Part shown: positions 8,157 through 16,120 of the stretch, one piece after another
How positions within the stretch are numbered: position 1 is the first letter of the stretch
Layout: each line of letters starts with the position of its first letter
Assembly (NCBI GenBank): GCA_028282935.1
Contig: JANQGU010000093.1
Coordinates: 1-63,277, forward strand
Direction: 5' to 3'
DNA: 63,277 nt
From: Kiloniellales bacterium
GTDB taxonomy: Bacteria; Pseudomonadota; Alphaproteobacteria; Kiloniellales; JAKSBE01
The notes under the pieces: model-generated
Told to the model about the DNA's origin: nothing
The model's input: only the letters and a program-made list of their open reading frames with translations
The model's database searches: none
Position numbers and translations under genes: made by a program

Positions 8157-9632
8157 CTATTGTCCCAGCGTCGCCTTGTAGAACTTGAGCTGGTCTTCGA
8201 CGCCGTTGTCCTCGTTGAGCTCGACCCAGCCCTCCTCGATCGCGGCCATGGCCTTCTGCTTGTCGATCTCGCCGGCCAGGAGCCTGGCCAGCGCGGTGTC
8301 GAGGACCACCTGCTGATAGGCCTGGTTCTTGGGAATCCGCAGGTCGAGCACCATGTTGGGGCTGTTCAGGCTGGCCTGGATCGCGCCCAGGTAGTCGGCG
8401 GCGGCGGCCTCGCTCATCCCGGCCTTGATCCAGTTCTCCTTGTTCTCGAACTGGGACAGCCGGTAGGGGTTGAAGCCGGTGATGCCGATGGTGACGTCGA
8501 CGTTGGACTGCGCCGGCTGGCTCATGAAGGAGAAGAAGTCGTAGGCCGCAGCCTTGACCTTGGGGTCGGCCGCCTTGTTGATCCCGCCGGACCAGCCGCC
8601 GAAGGCGGCGAAGGGCGCGCGGTTGACGCCGTCGATGGCGTGCGGGCAGGTGCCGGCGTCGCAGGCCACCAGCTTGCCGGACTCGCGGTCCAGGACCTTC
8701 TTGGAGCCGGGCAGCATGACCGCGCCGACCTTGTCGACGACCTTGGAGTTCTCCGGGTCGATCGCCAGGGTACCGATGTCGCCCCAGTCCAGGGTCAGGG
8801 CGCAGCGGCCGGTGGTGAAGAGGCTGCGGGTGTCGCCGACGTCGAGGTTGATCTCGTCCGGCGGCGCGTACTTGGTGGTCTCCAGGTAGACGTCGAGCGC
8901 GGCCGAGAAGCCCTCGTTGTTGACCAGGGGCTTCATGTCGCCGGTGTCGAAGAAGGCGCCCTGGCTGGTGCCCTGGGACTGAAGGAAGCTGGCGGCGATG
9001 GAGGTGATCATCCAGTAGGACTGGGCGTTGCGCTTCTTGGCGATGCAGGAGCCGTAGTCGGCCTGGCCGTCGCCGTCCATGTCCTTGCCGTGCAGGGCCT
9101 TGGCCGCAGCGACGTAGTCGTCCCAGGTCGCCGGCGCCGAGAGCCCGGCTTCCTCGAAGAGGTCGCGGCGGTAGTAGACCATCTGGAAATCGCCATCCAG
9201 CGTGATCAGGTAGGTCCGGCCGTTGTACTGCTGCGAGAACTCGCGGAAGAAGGGCGCGATGTCGTCGACCGCGAGCGCGCTGTCGGCCGCGACCTTGTCG
9301 GTCAGATCCTCCAGGTAGCCGGGCCCGACGTAGTCGACCATCCACTGCGGGGCCAGGACCGCGGCGTCGACCGAGTTGGTGCCGGTCGCCCAATCGGTCA
9401 GCAGCTTGGTGTAGAGGTCCGAGAAGGGCACCGTGATCACGTTGACCTTGGCACCGGTCAGCTTCTCGAAGTCGGGCGCGCGGCGCTGTAGCGGCTCCGC
9501 GATCTGCGGGCCGGTGAAGGTCATGACGTTGACCGTGACGCCGTCGTAGTCGCCGGCGGCCGCCGGGGCGACCACAGCAAGCGACGAGATGCCGAGCGCC
9601 AAGCCCCCGGCAACCAAAGCCTTCCGAATCAT
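8157..9632 (-). CDS. Extracellular solute-binding protein family 1 (sugar-binding), 491 aa
   Basis: The ATG at 9632 lies 8 nt after GGGAGG. It has a signal peptide (MIRKALVAGGLALGISSLAVVAPAAA) and is the first gene of the operon. The track start at 9863 was rejected. Confidence 0.85.
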   Translation of the reverse strand: MIRKALVAGGLALGISSLAVVAPAAAGDYDGVTVNVMTFTGPQIAEPLQRRAPDFEKLTGAKVNVITVPFSDLYTKLLTDWATGTNSVDAAVLAPQWMVDYVGPGYLEDLTDKVAADSALAVDDIAPFFREFSQQYNGRTYLITLDGDFQMVYYRRDLFEEAGLSAPATWDDYVAAAKALHGKDMDGDGQADYGSCIAKKRNAQSYWMITSIAASFLQSQGTSQGAFFDTGDMKPLVNNEGFSAALDVYLETTKYAPPDEINLDVGDTRSLFTTGRCALTLDWGDIGTLAIDPENSKVVDKVGAVMLPGSKKVLDRESGKLVACDAGTCPHAIDGVNRAPFAAFGGWSGGINKAADPKVKAAAYDFFSFMSQPAQSNVDVTIGITGFNPYRLSQFENKENWIKAGMSEAAAADYLGAIQASLNSPNMVLDLRIPKNQAYQQVVLDTALARLLAGEIDKQKAMAAIEEGWVELNEDNGVEDQLKFYKATLGQ

Positions 9633-9700
9633 CTGTCTTGCCTCCCTCTTGTTCTTTTTTCTGATTCTCTTTTTGATTCTCGTTTTTTTGGCCGCCGCAA
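9633..9700 (-). promoter_or_regulatory. Unusual A/G-rich 5' leader of the sugar operon
   Basis: The minus strand reads CCAAAAAAACGAGAATCAAAAAGAGAATCAGAAAAAAGAACAAGAGGGAGG, with a GAGAATCA(A/G)AAAA direct repeat. This contrasts strongly with the surrounding GC content. Confidence 0.35.
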
Positions 9701-9837
9701 CCCAACGTTGTCCTGAACCTTCGGCCTGCCGGGACTCCGCGGCGCCAGGCCATGTTAGAGCGCCGGTTTCCGGGGTCAAGCCGCCTCGCATGACCCTTAG
9801 GTTGTAGAGCCGGGAGCGCTCCTGCGGTCCGGTTCCT

Positions 9838-9851
9838 TGACGCAAATCAAG
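9838..9851. promoter_or_regulatory. FNR/CRP-type box TTGAC-GCAA-ATCAA
   Basis: It has one mismatch to the TTGAT-N4-ATCAA palindrome. It lies in the divergent region between the Crp/Fnr-family gene and the sugar operon. Confidence 0.4.
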
Positions 9852-9856
9852 TCGCC

Positions 9857-10612
9857 GTGCCACGGGAGCCTCTAGGGTCTAGGCTCCGCGATATGAGGGC
9901 CGCCGCCATGGGACTGGCGTCATCGGGGCATCGACCCAAGCGGGCCGAGAGGCCCGGAGCCGACGGAAAGGAGGCGCTGCCCTTTGCCGCCTTGCTGCAA
10001 GGCCGGCAGGCCCCCGCCGGCTGCAGCCTCGCCCAGGAAGGCGGCGCCCTGCCCGACCTCTTGATCCTGAACCGCGGCCTGGTCGCGCTCTACCAGTCCA
10101 AGCCGGGCCAGGGCGAGCAGATGGTCGGCTGGTGCTTTCCCGGCGACCTGCTGGCCACCGCGACCGCGGAGGGCCGCTCGCCGGTGACGGCCCGGACCCT
10201 GGTGCCCTCGACGCTCTGGGCCCTGCCCTGGGACTCCTTGGACCGCTTCGCGCAGAAGCAGCCGGGAATCCACCGCTGCCTGCTGGACCTGGCGGAGCGC
10301 AGCATGGCGCGGATGCGGGCACACCTGATGGTGGTCCTGGCGAAGTCGAAGCTGGAGCGCCTGGCCGCCTTCCTGCTGGAGGTCCGGGACCACGAGGACG
10401 CGCCGCGGCGCAAGGCCGGGCTGATCGAGCTCGCCATGGACCGGGAAGTGATCGCCCAGTACCTGGGCCTGACCGTGGAGTCGGTCAGCCGCGCCTTCAC
10501 CGCCCTGAAGGACCAGGGCCTGATCGAGATGGAGGACCCCCGGCACATCCGGCTCTCGGACCTGGCGGGGCTGACGGCTTTGGCCAAGGGTGAGGGCGAG
10601 GTGGCCGGCTAG
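9857..10612 (+). CDS. Crp/Fnr family transcriptional regulator
   Basis: It has a cNMP-binding-like beta-roll region and a C-terminal HTH (REVIAQYLGLTVESVSRAFTALKDQGLIE). The start is uncertain: in-frame ATGs at 9893 and 9908 are alternatives, and the FNR-like box ends only 6 nt before 9857. Confidence 0.7.
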   Translation: MPREPLGSRLRDMRAAAMGLASSGHRPKRAERPGADGKEALPFAALLQGRQAPAGCSLAQEGGALPDLLILNRGLVALYQSKPGQGEQMVGWCFPGDLLATATAEGRSPVTARTLVPSTLWALPWDSLDRFAQKQPGIHRCLLDLAERSMARMRAHLMVVLAKSKLERLAAFLLEVRDHEDAPRRKAGLIELAMDREVIAQYLGLTVESVSRAFTALKDQGLIEMEDPRHIRLSDLAGLTALAKGEGEVAG

Positions 10613-10621
10613 GGGCGCCGT

Positions 10622-10732
10622 CCCCTCACCCTCCCACCGCTCCGCGGCGGGCTCCTCCCTCTCCCAGGGGGAGAGGGATGTGGAGGCTTGGCGAGGCCAA
10701 GGGCCGAGCCTTAGCCGGAGCTGGGTGAGGGG
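10622..10732. repeat. Family B intergenic repeat, copy B1
   Basis: It has termini CCCCTCACCC and GGGTGAGGGG, an internal CTCCCTCTCCC-ag-GGGGAGAGGGA hairpin, and a conserved core TGTGGAGGCTTGGCGAGGC...GCCGAGCCTTAGCCGGAGCTGGGTGAGGGG. It lies between convergent genes. Confidence 0.9.
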
Positions 10733-10750
10733 ATCGCCGGACATGACACC

Positions 10751-11452
10751 TCACACCGACAGCAGACCCAATAGCCGCTCCCGGTCGGCGGCGAGGGCGG
10801 CGGCGTCGCCCTGCCAGACGATGCGGCCCTTCTCCATCACGCTGTGGCGGTCGGCGAAGGCCGTAAGCTCCTTCAGGTTCTTGTCGACGATCAGGATGGT
10901 CAGGCCGGCCGCCTTGAGGCGCCGGAAGCAGGCCCAGATCTCGGCGCGGATCCTGGGCGCCAGGCCCTCGGTGGCCTCGTCGAGGATCAGCAGCCGCGGG
11001 TTGGTCATCAGGGCCCGGCCGATGGCGAGCATCTGCTGCTCCCCGCCCGAGAGGGTCCTGGCGTATTGGCCGCTGCGCTCCCGCAGCCGCGGGAAGAGGC
11101 CGTAGACGGCGTCCAGGTCCCAGGCCGTCCCCTCGGCGAGCGGCGGCCGGGCGGTCGCGACCAGGTTCTCCCGCACGGTGAGGGTGGGGAAGACCTGGCG
11201 GCCCTCGGGCACCAGCGCGATGCCCAGGCGGGCCATGCGGTGCGACGGCAGGCCGGTGACCTCGCGGCCGTCGAAGAGGATCCGCCCGCCGCTCGGCTTC
11301 AGCAGGCGCAGGATGGCGCGGATGGTCGTGGTCTTGCCCATGCCGTTGCGGCCCATCAGGGTGACGACCTCGCCGGCCGCGACCTCCAGGTCGACGCCGA
11401 AGAGCACCTGCAGCGGGCCGTAGCCGGCGCTGAGTGCTTCAAGACGCAGCAT
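10751..11452 (-). CDS. livF: Branched-chain amino acid-type ABC transporter ATP-binding protein (LivF-like)
   Basis: MLRLEALSAGYG..., Walker A GRNGMGKTT, signature LSGGEQQM. The ATG at 11452 lies inside the 3' end of livG (14-nt overlap). Confidence 0.85.
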   Translation of the reverse strand: MLRLEALSAGYGPLQVLFGVDLEVAAGEVVTLMGRNGMGKTTTIRAILRLLKPSGGRILFDGREVTGLPSHRMARLGIALVPEGRQVFPTLTVRENLVATARPPLAEGTAWDLDAVYGLFPRLRERSGQYARTLSGGEQQMLAIGRALMTNPRLLILDEATEGLAPRIRAEIWACFRRLKAAGLTILIVDKNLKELTAFADRHSVMEKGRIVWQGDAAALAADRERLLGLLSV

Positions 11453-12227
11453 CGGTGGCCTCCCCCTCCCCGGTCTGGTCCTCGCTTTCCCCAAGATAGG
11501 CCTCGCGCACCGCCGGATCGTCGCGCACCGCGGCCGGCGGCCCCTCGGCGATGACCCGGCCCAGGCTCATGACCGCGATGCGGTCGGCCAGGGCGAAAAC
11601 CGCGTCCATGTCGTGCTCGACTAGCAGCAGCGCAACCCGGCCCTTGAGGCCGCGCAGCACCTCGATCATGCGCTGCGAGTCGGCGCCGGCCATGCCGGCC
11701 ATGGGCTCGTCGAGCAGCAGGACCCTGGGCTCGGCGGCCAGGGTCATGGCGAGCTCGAGCTGGCGCTGCTCGCCGTGCGCCAGCTCGGCCGCCGGCAGCC
11801 CGGCGCGCTGGTCGAGGCCGACCGCCTCCAGGGCGGCCCGGGCCGGCGCGGTCAGGCGGACATCGCCGCCGGCCGGGCGCCAGAGGCCGAAGCTGCGGCG
11901 GCTCTGGGCCTGGACCGAGAGCATGACGTTCTGCAGCACGGTGAACTCGGGAAAGATCGAGGAGGTCTGGAAGGTCCGGCCGAGCCCGGCCAGCGCCCGG
12001 GCGTGGGCCGGCAGCCGGGAGATGTCCCGGTCTTCGAAGAGGACCTGCCCCGCGTCGGGCGCCAGGGCGCCGGCGAGCTGGGCCAGCAGGGTCGACTTGC
12101 CGGCGCCGTTGGGGCCGATCAGGGCCAGGCACTCCCCGGCCGTAAGGTCCAGCGTCACCGCCTCGGAGGCGACGACAGCGCCGAAGCTCTTGCAGAGGCC
12201 GCGGACGGAGAGCAGGGCGGCGGTCAT
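11439..12227 (-). CDS. livG: Branched-chain amino acid-type ABC transporter ATP-binding protein (LivG-like)
   Basis: Walker A GPNGAGKST, an LSHGEQR-like signature (LAHGEQRQLE), and ATGA coupling to livM. Confidence 0.85.
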   Translation of the reverse strand: MTAALLSVRGLCKSFGAVVASEAVTLDLTAGECLALIGPNGAGKSTLLAQLAGALAPDAGQVLFEDRDISRLPAHARALAGLGRTFQTSSIFPEFTVLQNVMLSVQAQSRRSFGLWRPAGGDVRLTAPARAALEAVGLDQRAGLPAAELAHGEQRQLELAMTLAAEPRVLLLDEPMAGMAGADSQRMIEVLRGLKGRVALLLVEHDMDAVFALADRIAVMSLGRVIAEGPPAAVRDDPAVREAYLGESEDQTGEGEATDAAS

Positions 12228-13198
12228 CGGCTCAGCCTCGCCTCGAGCCAGCCGAGCAGGCCGCGGCGCGAGAAGAGCGCGACCAGGACCAGGATCGGCC
12301 CGAGCACGAACATCCAGTGCTCGGTGAAGCGGCCCAGCACCTCCTCCAGCAGGACCAGGGCGGCGGCGCCGAAGACCGGACCGATCAGGGTCCCCATGCC
12401 GCCGAGCAGGACGATGACCACCAGCTCGCCGGACTGATGCCAGGACAGCAGGGTCGGGCTGACGAAGAGGTCGAGCTCGGCCTGCAGGGCGCCGGCCAGG
12501 GCGGTCCCGGCGCCGGAGATGGCGTAGACCGCGAGCTGGTAGCGGCGCAGCGGGAAGCCCAGCGCCGCCATGCGGCCCGGGTTCTGCTTGGCGCCGCGCA
12601 GCACCATGCCGAGCCGGGCCGCGACCAGGCGCCGGGCCAGCAGGAAGTAGCCGCCGAGCAGGATGAGACAGAGGTAGAAGAAGGTCACGTCGTCGCCGAG
12701 GTCGAGGCCGGGAAACTCGGCGCGGGCGAAGAGCACCAGGCCGTCCTCGCCGCCGTAGCGCGGCAGCGAGATGAAGAAGTAGTAGAGCATCTGGGCGAAG
12801 GCCAGGGTGATCATGATGAAGTGGACCCCGGCGGTGCGCAGGCAGATCGGCGCCAGGACCGCCGCCAGGAGACCGCCGGTCAGCATGGCCAGGGGCCAGG
12901 TTACCAGGGCCTGGGCGCTGCCACCGATCTCGAAGGGCCAGGTCATGAAGGCGCTGCCGTCGAAGGCGTGGCTGGCCAGGATGCCGGCGGTGTAGGCGCC
13001 GATGCCGAGGAAGGCGGCGTGGCCCAGGCTGACCAGCCCGCCGTAGCCGAGCACCAGGTCGAGGGCGACCGCCGCCAGGGCCAGGATCACCACCCGGGTG
13101 AAGAGGGTGACCAGGAAGGGGTCGTCGAAGAGCCAGGCCGCCAGGGGCGAGAGCGCGAGCAGGCCGAAGGCGGCGGCGATCAGGAGGACCCGGGTCAT
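12224..13198 (-). CDS. livM: Branched-chain amino acid-type ABC permease (LivM-like)
   Basis: It is a hydrophobic multi-TM protein with typical LivM length and position. Confidence 0.8.
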   Translation of the reverse strand: MTRVLLIAAAFGLLALSPLAAWLFDDPFLVTLFTRVVILALAAVALDLVLGYGGLVSLGHAAFLGIGAYTAGILASHAFDGSAFMTWPFEIGGSAQALVTWPLAMLTGGLLAAVLAPICLRTAGVHFIMITLAFAQMLYYFFISLPRYGGEDGLVLFARAEFPGLDLGDDVTFFYLCLILLGGYFLLARRLVAARLGMVLRGAKQNPGRMAALGFPLRRYQLAVYAISGAGTALAGALQAELDLFVSPTLLSWHQSGELVVIVLLGGMGTLIGPVFGAAALVLLEEVLGRFTEHWMFVLGPILVLVALFSRRGLLGWLEARLSR

Positions 13199-13199
13199 C

Positions 13200-14123
13200 T
13201 CACGCGCCCTCCGCCGGGAAGAGGCCGTGCGGCCGCCAGACCAGGACCAGGGCCATGACGATGTAGATCATCATCGAGGCGAGTGAGGCCGCGACCCCGG
13301 CCGCCGCCGAGGGCTCCAGGAAGGCGCCGAAGGCCAGGGGCAGCAGGACCCGGGCCAGGGTGTCGGTGACCCCGACCAGCAGGGCCCCGACCAGGGCGCC
13401 CTTGATCGAGCCGATGCCGCCGATGACGATGACCACGAAGGTGAGGATCAGGATCTCCTCGCCCATGCCGATCTGGACCGAGAGCAGCGGCCCGATCATC
13501 GCCCCGGCCAGGCCGGCGAGCAGGGCGCCGAGCCCGAAGACCAGGGTGTAGACCAGGCGGATGTTGACCCCCAGCGCGGCCACGATCTCGCGGTGGGTGG
13601 CCCCGGCGCGGATGATCATGCCCAGCCGGCTGTGGCGGATCAGCAGATAGAGGCCGAGGGCGACGGCGATCCCGACGCCGATGATCGCCAGGCGGTAGGC
13701 GGGATAGGGCAGGCCTGGCAGCAGCTCGACCGCGCCCGAGAGCAGCGCCGGCGGGTCGAGCAGCAGGGGCCGCGGGCCGAAGAGGATCTTGACCAGCTCG
13801 TTGAAGAAGAGGATCAGGCCGAAGGTCGCCAGGACCTGGTCCAGGTGGTCGCGGTCGTAGAGCCGGCGGATCACCAGGAACTCCACCGCCGCCCCGACCA
13901 GGGCGGCCCCGGCCAGGCCGGCGAGCAGGCCGAGCAGGAAGGAGCCGCTGGCCCCGGCGGCCAGGGCGCAGAGGTAGGCCCCGACCATGTAGAAGGAGCC
14001 GTGCGCCAGGTTGATCAGGCGCATGATGCCGAAGACCAGGGTCAGCCCGGCCGCCATGAGGAAGAGCATGACCCCGAACTGCAGGCCGTTCAGCACCTGC
14101 TCGACGAACAGCAGGGCGGGCAT
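13200..14123 (-). CDS. livH: Branched-chain amino acid-type ABC permease (LivH-like)
   Basis: The ATG at 14123 gives MPALLFVEQVLNGLQFGVMLFLMAAGLTLVFG, a typical LivH N-terminus. The track start at 14174 runs into repeat A2. Confidence 0.8.
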   Translation of the reverse strand: MPALLFVEQVLNGLQFGVMLFLMAAGLTLVFGIMRLINLAHGSFYMVGAYLCALAAGASGSFLLGLLAGLAGAALVGAAVEFLVIRRLYDRDHLDQVLATFGLILFFNELVKILFGPRPLLLDPPALLSGAVELLPGLPYPAYRLAIIGVGIAVALGLYLLIRHSRLGMIIRAGATHREIVAALGVNIRLVYTLVFGLGALLAGLAGAMIGPLLSVQIGMGEEILILTFVVIVIGGIGSIKGALVGALLVGVTDTLARVLLPLAFGAFLEPSAAAGVAASLASMMIYIVMALVLVWRPHGLFPAEGA

Positions 14124-14175
14124 CAGGTGGCGCCCGGAGCCAACGCTTGTAGCTCTGTGTCCGGCAAGGACCAAT

Positions 14176-14276
14176 ACCCCCCACCCTGGCCCTCCCCCTC
14201 AAGGGGGGAGGGGAAATGTGCCGCGACGCCGACGCGTCCCCTCCCCCTTGAGGGGGGAGGGTTAGGGTGGGGGTGA
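14176..14276. repeat. Family A repeat, copy A2 (inside the operon, between the binding-protein and permease genes)
   Basis: ACCCCCCACCCTGGCCCTCCCCCTCAAGGGGGGAGGGG ... CCCCTCCCCCTTGAGGGGGGAGGGTTAGGGTGGGGGTGA. Confidence 0.9.
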
Positions 14277-14334
14277 TCCCCCGGCCCGAACGAGCGGCGC
14301 AAGGTTCGGTGACGACTAAGGTGCCCGCCCGCCC

Positions 14335-15495
14335 CTAGAGCTTGCAGTCGGCGGCGTAGGCGTCCCGGTGGTCCTTTAGGGCGACGCCGAGGGTCTGGTT
14401 GGTCAGCACCGGGGCCTCGCGCACCACCTTGCGGACGTAGATGTCCTGGATCGGGTGATGGTTCGCGCCGAAGGCGAAGTCGCCGCGGACCGACTCGAAG
14501 TCCGCCGCCTTCAGGGCCTCGCGGAAGTCATCGGCCTTGGAGACCTCGCCGCCGACCGCCTCGAGGGCGCTGGCGATCAGGCGCGCGGCGTCGTAGCCCT
14601 GGCTGGCGTAGAGCGAGGGCAGGCGGCCGTACTTGGTCTGGAAGGCGGCGACGAACTGCTTGTTGGCCGCGTTGTCCAGGTCCTTGTTCCACTGCGAGGT
14701 GTTGATCACGCCGAGCGCGGCGTCGCCGACCGCCTGCAGGATGCCCTGGTCGAAGGAGAAGGCCGGGCCGAAGACCGGCAGGCCGACGCCCGACTGGCCG
14801 TACTGCTTGAGGAAGGCGATGCCCATGCCGCCGGGCAGGAAGAAGAAGACCGAGTCGGCGCCCGAGGCACGGATCTGGGCGATCTCGGCGGCGTAGTCCT
14901 TCTGCCCCAGCTTGGTGTAGACCTCGGCCAGGGGCGCGCCCTGGTAGAAGCGCTTGAAGCCGGTCAGGGAGTCCTTCCCGGCCGGGTAGTTGGGCGCCAG
15001 GATGAAGGGCTTCTTGAAGCCCTCCGCCTTCATGTACTCGCCCATGGCCTCGTGCAGGTTGTCGTTCTGCCAGGCGACGTTGAAGTAGTTCTCGTGGCAG
15101 CCCTTGCCGGCCAGGGCCGAGGGCCCGGCGTTGGGGCTGACGTAGAAGACCCCGGCCCGCGTCACCTGCGGGACCACGGCCATGGCCAGGTTCGACCAGA
15201 TGATCCCGGTCATGATGTCGACCCGGTCGCTCTTCTGGAAGCGGGTGGCGATGGACTTGGCCTTCTCCGGCTTGCGGGCGTCGTCCTCGATCAGGACCTC
15301 GACCGCCTGGCCGCCCAGGGTCCCACCCTCCTGCTCGACCGCCAGCATGAAGCCGTCGCGGACGTCGACGCCCAGCGAGCTGCCGCCGCCGGAAAGGGTG
15401 GTGATCATGCCGATCTTGACCGGCTCCGCCGCCTGGACGGCGCCACAGATCGTCGCGGCCGCCAGGGCGGCCCCTGCCAATAGCTTGGTGGTCAT
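14335..15495 (-). CDS. LivK/Leu-Ile-Val-type periplasmic substrate-binding protein (probably for an aromatic acid)
   Basis: It has a signal peptide (MTTKLLAGAALAAATICGAVQAA), a type-I PBP fold pattern, and sits in an aryl-CoA pathway operon. Confidence 0.8.
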   Translation of the reverse strand: MTTKLLAGAALAAATICGAVQAAEPVKIGMITTLSGGGSSLGVDVRDGFMLAVEQEGGTLGGQAVEVLIEDDARKPEKAKSIATRFQKSDRVDIMTGIIWSNLAMAVVPQVTRAGVFYVSPNAGPSALAGKGCHENYFNVAWQNDNLHEAMGEYMKAEGFKKPFILAPNYPAGKDSLTGFKRFYQGAPLAEVYTKLGQKDYAAEIAQIRASGADSVFFFLPGGMGIAFLKQYGQSGVGLPVFGPAFSFDQGILQAVGDAALGVINTSQWNKDLDNAANKQFVAAFQTKYGRLPSLYASQGYDAARLIASALEAVGGEVSKADDFREALKAADFESVRGDFAFGANHHPIQDIYVRKVVREAPVLTNQTLGVALKDHRDAYAADCKL

Positions 15496-15588
15496 GTGCT
15501 ACGTCTCCCTTGCTGCTCCCTGCGGGCCGGGACGGGCCCTTGGTTGTCGTTTCTTGTCCTTGGTCTTGTCCTTGGCCGTTGCCCGCGA

Positions 15589-15987
15589 TCAGGGCTCCGG
15601 CACCACCGCGGTGGACTCGATCTCGACCCGGGCCCGGTCCTCGACCAGGGCCGCGACCTGGACCAGGGTCATGGCCGGGAAGTTCCGGCCCATGACCTCG
15701 CGGTAGACCGCGCCCAGCTCCGGGCCGCGGGTCTTGTACTCCTGCTTGTCGAGCACGTACCAGGTCATGCGCGCGACGTGCTCGGGGCCCGCGCCCGCGG
15801 CCTCCAGCACGCTGACCGTGTTGCGCAGGGCCTGGCGCACCTGGTCGACGAAGTCGTCGCTCTCGAAGACCTCGGCCGGGGTCCAGCCGATCTGCCCGGC
15901 GACGAAGACCAGGCGGCCGCTGGCGCTGATCGCGTTGGCGTAGCCGCGCGGCCGGGGCCAGGCCTCGGGGTTGACGATCTCGTTCAT
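15589..15987 (-). CDS. RidA/YjgF/L-PSP family enamine/imine deaminase
   Basis: It is 132 aa. RGYANAISASGRLVFVAGQIG and the C-terminal VEIESTAV are typical of the family. Confidence 0.85.
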   Translation of the reverse strand: MNEIVNPEAWPRPRGYANAISASGRLVFVAGQIGWTPAEVFESDDFVDQVRQALRNTVSVLEAAGAGPEHVARMTWYVLDKQEYKTRGPELGAVYREVMGRNFPAMTLVQVAALVEDRARVEIESTAVVPEP

Positions 15988-16120
15988 GCCGCGGCCTCCT
16001 GCGCTACGGGCGGCGGCCCGAGGCGGCGTCGGCGCCGGGCCAGGTCATCGGGGATCGGGAGGACCCGCGAGGCCTCCCCCGCCCCGCGGGCCCGCAGTCT
16101 CCCGGCACGGCGGCGGCAGG

